A program made the translations under genes and the position numbers. The notes below the pieces were generated by a model. It saw only the letters and a list, made by a program, of their open reading frames with translations, was not told the origin of the DNA and made no database searches. DNA of 64,000 bases from an uncultured Nitrospinaceae bacterium (GTDB lineage: Bacteria; UBA8248): NCBI GenBank assembly GCA_964005815.1, contig CAXFSR010000013.1, forward strand, positions 23,722 through 87,721, in the 5' to 3' direction. Positions 59,229-64,000 of the stretch are shown here, piece after piece. Numbering within the stretch: position 1 is the first letter of the stretch; every line of letters begins with the position of its first letter.

Positions 59229-60349
59229 AAGAACTAGTTACTTCTCTAAACGATTTCTTCTTAGTATCTGGAATCTACACTATGAACTTCGGTAGTTTCC
59301 TAATGATAACTATTGCCTGTTTTTTGCTTTTTCTAGCAATATCAAAAGGTTTCGAACCTCTTTTACTTATTCCAATTGGATTTGGAATGTTATTATCAAA
59401 TCTACCAAATTCTAGTATCTTTTCTGAAGGTGGATTAATCAATTTCTTTTATTATGGAGTGAAATTAGGAATTTTTCCTCCTTTGATTTTTATGGGAATT
59501 GGAGCGCTAACTGACTTCAGCCCCTTAATATCTAATCCAAAAACTATACTTCTTGGTGCAGCTGCACAATTTGGTATTTTTACAACGTTAATTGGTAGTA
59601 TTTTTTTGGGATTTAACCTATCTCAATCTGCAGCAATAGGTATAATTGGAGGAGCTGATGGACCTACCGCCATTTACACCGCTTCTAAGTTAGCACCTGA
59701 ACTTATTGGCCCAATCGCTGTAGCGGCATATAGTTATATGGCTCTTGTTCCAGTGATACAGCCTCCCATAATAAAAGCTTTAACTACCAAAGAAGAACGA
59801 TCTCGAGAAATGGAACCTCCTCCTCCTACTAATCAAAAGATCTTAATTTTATTTCCGATTTTCACAACTATATTCATTGGGTTATTACTTCCATCTGCAA
59901 TTCCTCTGATTGGAATGCTAATGCTTGGAAATCTTTTCCGTGAATCTCGCATAGTAGAAAGACTTGTTAAAACAACCGAAAATTCACTTCTTAATATTGT
60001 TACTATTTTTCTGGGCGTTTCTGTTGGTGCATCTATGACTTCAGAAAGCTTTCTTAAATGGGAAACAATAGGAATATTACTTTTAGGACTATTTGCATTC
60101 GCAATTGGGACTGCGACTGGTGTTATTTTTGGAAAAATCATGTCTTTCTTTAGCAAAACACCGATTAACCCTATGATTGGTGCAGCTGGCGTGAGTGCTG
60201 TTCCGATGTCAGCTAGAGTTGTACAGAAAATAGGATTAGAAGAAAATCCTAAGAATTTTCTGCTTATGCATGCTATGGGACCTAATGTTGCTGGAGTAAT
60301 TGGTTCCGCAATAGCAGCTGGATTATTAATTTCTCTGATACAAAATTAA
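59225..60349 (+). CDS. mmdB: Na+-translocating decarboxylase beta subunit (OadB/MmdB/GcdB)
   Basis: FEPLLLIPIGFG, LLGAAAQFGIF, IIGGADGPT, AYSYMALVP, GVSAVPM and HAMGPNVAGVIGS motifs. Confidence 0.95.
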   Translation: MKELVTSLNDFFLVSGIYTMNFGSFLMITIACFLLFLAISKGFEPLLLIPIGFGMLLSNLPNSSIFSEGGLINFFYYGVKLGIFPPLIFMGIGALTDFSPLISNPKTILLGAAAQFGIFTTLIGSIFLGFNLSQSAAIGIIGGADGPTAIYTASKLAPELIGPIAVAAYSYMALVPVIQPPIIKALTTKEERSREMEPPPPTNQKILILFPIFTTIFIGLLLPSAIPLIGMLMLGNLFRESRIVERLVKTTENSLLNIVTIFLGVSVGASMTSESFLKWETIGILLLGLFAFAIGTATGVIFGKIMSFFSKTPINPMIGAAGVSAVPMSARVVQKIGLEENPKNFLLMHAMGPNVAGVIGSAIAAGLLISLIQN

Positions 60350-60361
60350 GGAACTTAACTA

Positions 60362-61552
60362 ATGAATGCTCCACTTAAAGATATCAAAGTTTTAGATCTT
60401 ACCAGAATTCTAGCCGGTCCATATTGCACTATGATGCTCGGTGATATGGGCGCAGAAGTTATAAAAATAGAGAATCCAAAGAATGGAGATGATACTCGCG
60501 GCTGGGGACCACCATTCTTAAATGGAGTAAGTACATATTTTATTTCAGTAAACAGAAATAAAAAAAGTATAACTTTGAACCTAAAAGAAAATGCAGGGAA
60601 AGATATACTCAGAGAACTTATTAGAAATTGTGACGTAATGGTAGAAAATTTTAGGCCTGGCACTTTAGATAACCTCGGATTTCCATGGGCAGATATACAA
60701 AAGATTAATGAAAGAATTATTTTTGCATCAGTATCGGGATTTGGACAAACAGGTCCTCGAAAAAATGAACCAGGTTTTGACGTAGTGATTCAGGGAGAGG
60801 GAGGCATCATGAGTATAACGGGAGAACCAGATGGTCCTCCTACAAAAGTAGGAGCCTCAATTGGAGATATAACAGCAGGGATGTTAGCGGCACAAGGAAT
60901 ACTCCTAGCTCTGTACGCAAGGGAAAAAACAGGTAAAGGACAAATGGTTGATATAAGTATGCTAGATGGACAAATTTCACTGCTTACTTATCACGCCAAT
61001 GCATTTTTTGCTACTGGGACTATTCCTGGTAGAAGAGGCAACAGGCATCCTTCAATTACTCCATATGAAACTTACAAATGCAAAGATGGCTATCTCAACT
61101 TAGGCGTCGGAAATGATTCTCTTTGGGAGAAATTCTGCGATGCGGTGGGACTAGAAAAGATCAAGAATGATAGCCGATTCCAAATAAACGCTGAAAGAGT
61201 AAGAAATAGAATAGAATTAGAAAAAATACTTATTCCCTTTTTCGAAAATTATGAACTACAAAAAATGATTGAAATCCTTAGAAATGCTGGCATTCCTTGT
61301 GGTGCAATTAACAATTTAGAAGATGCACTTAATAACGAGCAAGTTATTCAAAGGGAAATGGTCCAAGAAATAGACATACCTGAAGCTGGAAAAACTAAAA
61401 TAACTGGTATCCCTATAAAAATGTCTGAGACTCCTGGCGACATTAGAATCCCTCCTCCGAGCCTAGGAGAACATACTAATCAAATTCTTGAGGACTATCT
61501 TAATTTCACTAAATCAGAAATCCAAGATCTTCGTCAGAAGAATATAATATAG
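60362..61552 (+). CDS. Class III (CaiB/BaiF) CoA-transferase
   Basis: LDLTRILAGPY, GAEVIKIE, NRNKKS, ENFRPG, SGFGQTGP, catalytic-Asp region GDITAG and PPSLGEH motifs. Confidence 0.93.
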   Translation: MNAPLKDIKVLDLTRILAGPYCTMMLGDMGAEVIKIENPKNGDDTRGWGPPFLNGVSTYFISVNRNKKSITLNLKENAGKDILRELIRNCDVMVENFRPGTLDNLGFPWADIQKINERIIFASVSGFGQTGPRKNEPGFDVVIQGEGGIMSITGEPDGPPTKVGASIGDITAGMLAAQGILLALYAREKTGKGQMVDISMLDGQISLLTYHANAFFATGTIPGRRGNRHPSITPYETYKCKDGYLNLGVGNDSLWEKFCDAVGLEKIKNDSRFQINAERVRNRIELEKILIPFFENYELQKMIEILRNAGIPCGAINNLEDALNNEQVIQREMVQEIDIPEAGKTKITGIPIKMSETPGDIRIPPPSLGEHTNQILEDYLNFTKSEIQDLRQKNII

Positions 61553-61564
61553 GGGAAAATAGTT

Positions 61565-62254
61565 TTGCTTAATCCTGCAAGAATAGATAAACCTAAATCC
61601 TTAAGTAAAATTGTGGTTGAAAAGATCAAAGAATCTATTATGAACGGCAACCTCAAACCCGGCTCCAAATTAATTGAGACACAATTAACAAATTCTCTGG
61701 GCGTGAGCAGAACTCCGCTTAGAGAAGCTTTTCGTGAACTTGCGGCTGAAGGATATATCACGATTTATCCCCATAAAGGAGCATTCGTAACAAAAATCAC
61801 TAAAAAAGAAATAAAAGACCTATATATGATTACAAGCGTGTTAGAGGGACTCGCTACTAGATTAGCTACTCCTCTTTTATCTCTTGGTAAAAATAGGAAA
61901 CATCTAGAAAAATTATTAAAAGAATTGAGAACTCATGAACAAGCTGGTGAAATAAGTAAATACTGGGAAACTAATCAACTATTTCACCAATTTATAACCA
62001 ATTCATGCAAAAATGAAAAACTGAAAGTTGTTATTACGAATCTCCGAAGACAAATCCTAAAAACCAGAATTATAACTTTGAGAGTCCCAGGTCGTCTAAA
62101 ATCATCCATGGAAGAACATGAAGAAATCCTAAAACATATCCTTAGAAATGAATCTAGAAAAGCAGAAAAAATGGTTATCAAACACCTTGAATTACAAGGA
62201 AAAATACTTTACGACATATCTGAAAAAACTTCGCAAGAAAATAATTTAGTCTAA
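61565..62254 (+). CDS. GntR family transcriptional regulator (wHTH plus FCD, FadR/VanR type)
   Basis: LGVSRTPLREA HTH; N..FH, EH..I and HL FCD residues. Confidence 0.92.
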   Translation: MLNPARIDKPKSLSKIVVEKIKESIMNGNLKPGSKLIETQLTNSLGVSRTPLREAFRELAAEGYITIYPHKGAFVTKITKKEIKDLYMITSVLEGLATRLATPLLSLGKNRKHLEKLLKELRTHEQAGEISKYWETNQLFHQFITNSCKNEKLKVVITNLRRQILKTRIITLRVPGRLKSSMEEHEEILKHILRNESRKAEKMVIKHLELQGKILYDISEKTSQENNLV

Positions 62255-62715
62255 CTCTTTTTAACGAAGGTACTCTTTACTTCTGCAATCAATTGATCAT
62301 CTTTAATTTTAAATCCTAATCCTCTTAAAAAAACAAATGACTTCTTGGTTTTTTCTACAAAACCTTCAAACCTTAGTGGAGTAAATATTTCTACAGGAGA
62401 CCTATAGCGGATCTCACTTCTCGCAGAATAACATTTAACACCATTCAGAAATAAACAATTTGCCATCACATCATCTAAAATTGAAAAAAGAACACCTCCA
62501 TGAAGTATATTATCATACCCTTGGTGTCTTTCATTAGGAGTGAATTCAGCTCTACAAATCTCACCATCTAATCTAAACTTAATTCTTAAACCAAATGTAT
62601 TTTTAGAACCACAAACAAAACAATTATCTGCAATTCCTCTTGTATCATCAGAATTCATATTTTTACCAAAAAAAAAGGGAGAAACATTTATTGTCTCTCC
62701 CATGATGAATTTCAA
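62251..62715 (-). CDS. PaaI family hot-dog thioesterase (start uncertain)
   Basis: CFVCGSKNTFGL and HQGY..ILHGG..SILDD motifs. Confidence 0.85.
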   Translation of the reverse strand: MKFIMGETINVSPFFFGKNMNSDDTRGIADNCFVCGSKNTFGLRIKFRLDGEICRAEFTPNERHQGYDNILHGGVLFSILDDVMANCLFLNGVKCYSARSEIRYRSPVEIFTPLRFEGFVEKTKKSFVFLRGLGFKIKDDQLIAEVKSTFVKKS

Positions 62716-62718
62716 AGA

Positions 62719-63141
62719 CTATGATTCTGTTTTATTTTCTTCCTTCTTTTGACGTACTTCTCTCCTAGCATCTTCTTTACTTGTATCCCTATCAACGAGT
62801 TCAAGAATAGCCATATCCGCAGAATCACCAGGCCTTGGAGGCAATTTCAAAATTCTGGTATAGCCTCCAGGTCGGTCAAGATATCTAGGACCTATAACTT
62901 CCATGATCTTCTTAACAGATGAAGGAGTTCTTAAAATCCCTGCAACTCTTCTGCGAGCATGTAAGGAATTATTCTTACTTGTAGTTACAAGTTTCTCAAA
63001 ATGTCGACGAATTTCCTTTGCTTTCGGCAGAGTTGTTCTAATTCTCTCTTCCTCAACCAAGGATGTCATCATATTTCTGGTCATGGCTATTCTATGTTCT
63101 GTTGTTCTATTAAGCCTTCGACCTGTTCTTCTATGACGCAT
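62719..63141 (-). CDS. rplQ: 50S ribosomal protein L17
   Basis: MRHR..GRRLNR, TTLPKAKE and RPGGYTRI motifs. Confidence 0.98.
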   Translation of the reverse strand: MRHRRTGRRLNRTTEHRIAMTRNMMTSLVEEERIRTTLPKAKEIRRHFEKLVTTSKNNSLHARRRVAGILRTPSSVKKIMEVIGPRYLDRPGGYTRILKLPPRPGDSADMAILELVDRDTSKEDARREVRQKKEENKTES

Positions 63142-63152
63142 CTTTCCTCTCC

Positions 63153-64000
63153 CTAAGAATCTTCTATGTTTTTTCCAATATCTTCATCTACTAAATCCAA
63201 ATCACTAATATTCATCCCAAAAGATAAACCCATTGAAGATAAAATATGACGAATTTCATTTAGACTTTTTCTTCCAAAATTTCTTGTTTTAAGCATCTCA
63301 CTTTCGGTCTTTGATACAAGCTCACCTAAAGTCTGTATTCTGGCTGCTTTAAGACAATTATAACTTCTAACTGTCAGTTCCAATTCTTCAATACTGCCAT
63401 TTAGCGTTGCAATTAAATCATTGTGGGGTTCTTCAACTAATATCACTTCTTCTTCTTCTTCTTCTTCTTCAAAATTAATAAAAATAGATAAATTATCTTT
63501 TAAAATTTTAGCAGAATGAGCAAGAGCATCATCAGGAGAAACCGAACCGTCAGTTTCAACATCTAAAACTAAACTATCATAATCAGTATTGTCTTCTACT
63601 CGAGTTTTCTCTACCTTATATGAACAACGTCTAATTGGAGAAAATATAGAATCTATCGGTATAAACATCGGACCATACTCATCAACTAATTTCCGTTCAG
63701 CAGGAACGTATCCCTTTCCGGCATCAACAATTAATTCTATATCTAAAACAGCTTCTTCATTTAAAGTAGCAATTTTGTGTTCTGGATTTAAAATAAAAAC
63801 ACCTTGAATTGTCTGTATATCTCCTGCTTTAAATTCTCCACTTGAACCATCACTTTTGTAAGAAAGTCGTATAGGAAAATTTGTACTTTCTGCCTTAATT
63901 ACCACTCCCTTTAAGTTTAAAATTATATTTGTAACATCTTCAACAACTCCTGGAACAGTAGAAAATTCATGATATACTCCCTCAATTCTAACTGCAGTTA
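63153..64000 (-). CDS. rpoA: RNA polymerase alpha subunit (5' part beyond the window)
   Basis: The frame stays open to the window end ([13 protein letters not shown]); [25 protein letters not shown] and NFGRKSL motifs; upstream of rplQ. Confidence 0.97.
   Translation of the reverse strand, partial: TAVRIEGVYHEFSTVPGVVEDVTNIILNLKGVVIKAESTNFPIRLSYKSDGSSGEFKAGDIQTIQGVFILNPEHKIATLNEEAVLDIELIVDAGKGYVPAERKLVDEYGPMFIPIDSIFSPIRRCSYKVEKTRVEDNTDYDSLVLDVETDGSVSPDDALAHSAKILKDNLSIFINFEEEEEEEEVILVEEPHNDLIATLNGSIEELELTVRSYNCLKAARIQTLGELVSKTESEMLKTRNFGRKSLNEIRHILSSMGLSFGMNISDLDLVDEDIGKNIEDS

Noticed and set aside
63446..63470. (TCT)n microsatellite
   Set aside because: Encodes the acidic poly-Glu linker of RpoA; in frame and ordinary.

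Overview
Low-GC, very densely packed chromosome of a diderm (LPS-making) bacterium. The gene content suggests a Nitrospinota/Tectomicrobia/Deltaproteobacteria-like lineage, but taxonomy cannot be fixed from the sequence alone. Bases 1-35.6 kb are almost all on the minus strand and form an envelope super-cluster: HNH-uvrB-uvrC-lnt-prfB(+1 frameshift)-lysS-lolC/E-lolD-clpC-bamA-skp-lpxD-fabZ-lpxA-gnnA-like-lpxI-lpxB-DUF374-waaA-lpxK, then inverted lptFG, then waaF-gmhB-hldA-hldC-waaC-ycaR-three glycosyltransferases-msbA. PBP1A follows on the plus strand, then yceD-rpmF-plsX-fabH-fabD-acpP-fabF-rnc-smc-ftsY (no fabG). An accessory metabolic region spans 48.6-62.7 kb, and the window ends in rplQ-rpoA. 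The most interesting element is at 56.9-62.3 kb: a complete Na+-translocating biotin-dependent acyl-CoA decarboxylase (mmdA-D-C-B order, no biotin carboxylase) followed by a class III CoA-transferase and a GntR/FCD regulator. It is preceded by a perfect 16-bp palindrome (ATATTGTATACAATAT) resembling MdcY/MatR malonate-type operators, and an HMG-CoA-lyase-family gene lies just upstream. This is a candidate regulated, ACP-independent, Na+-conserving (methyl)malonate catabolic unit. No rRNA, tRNA, CRISPR array or mobile element was seen.
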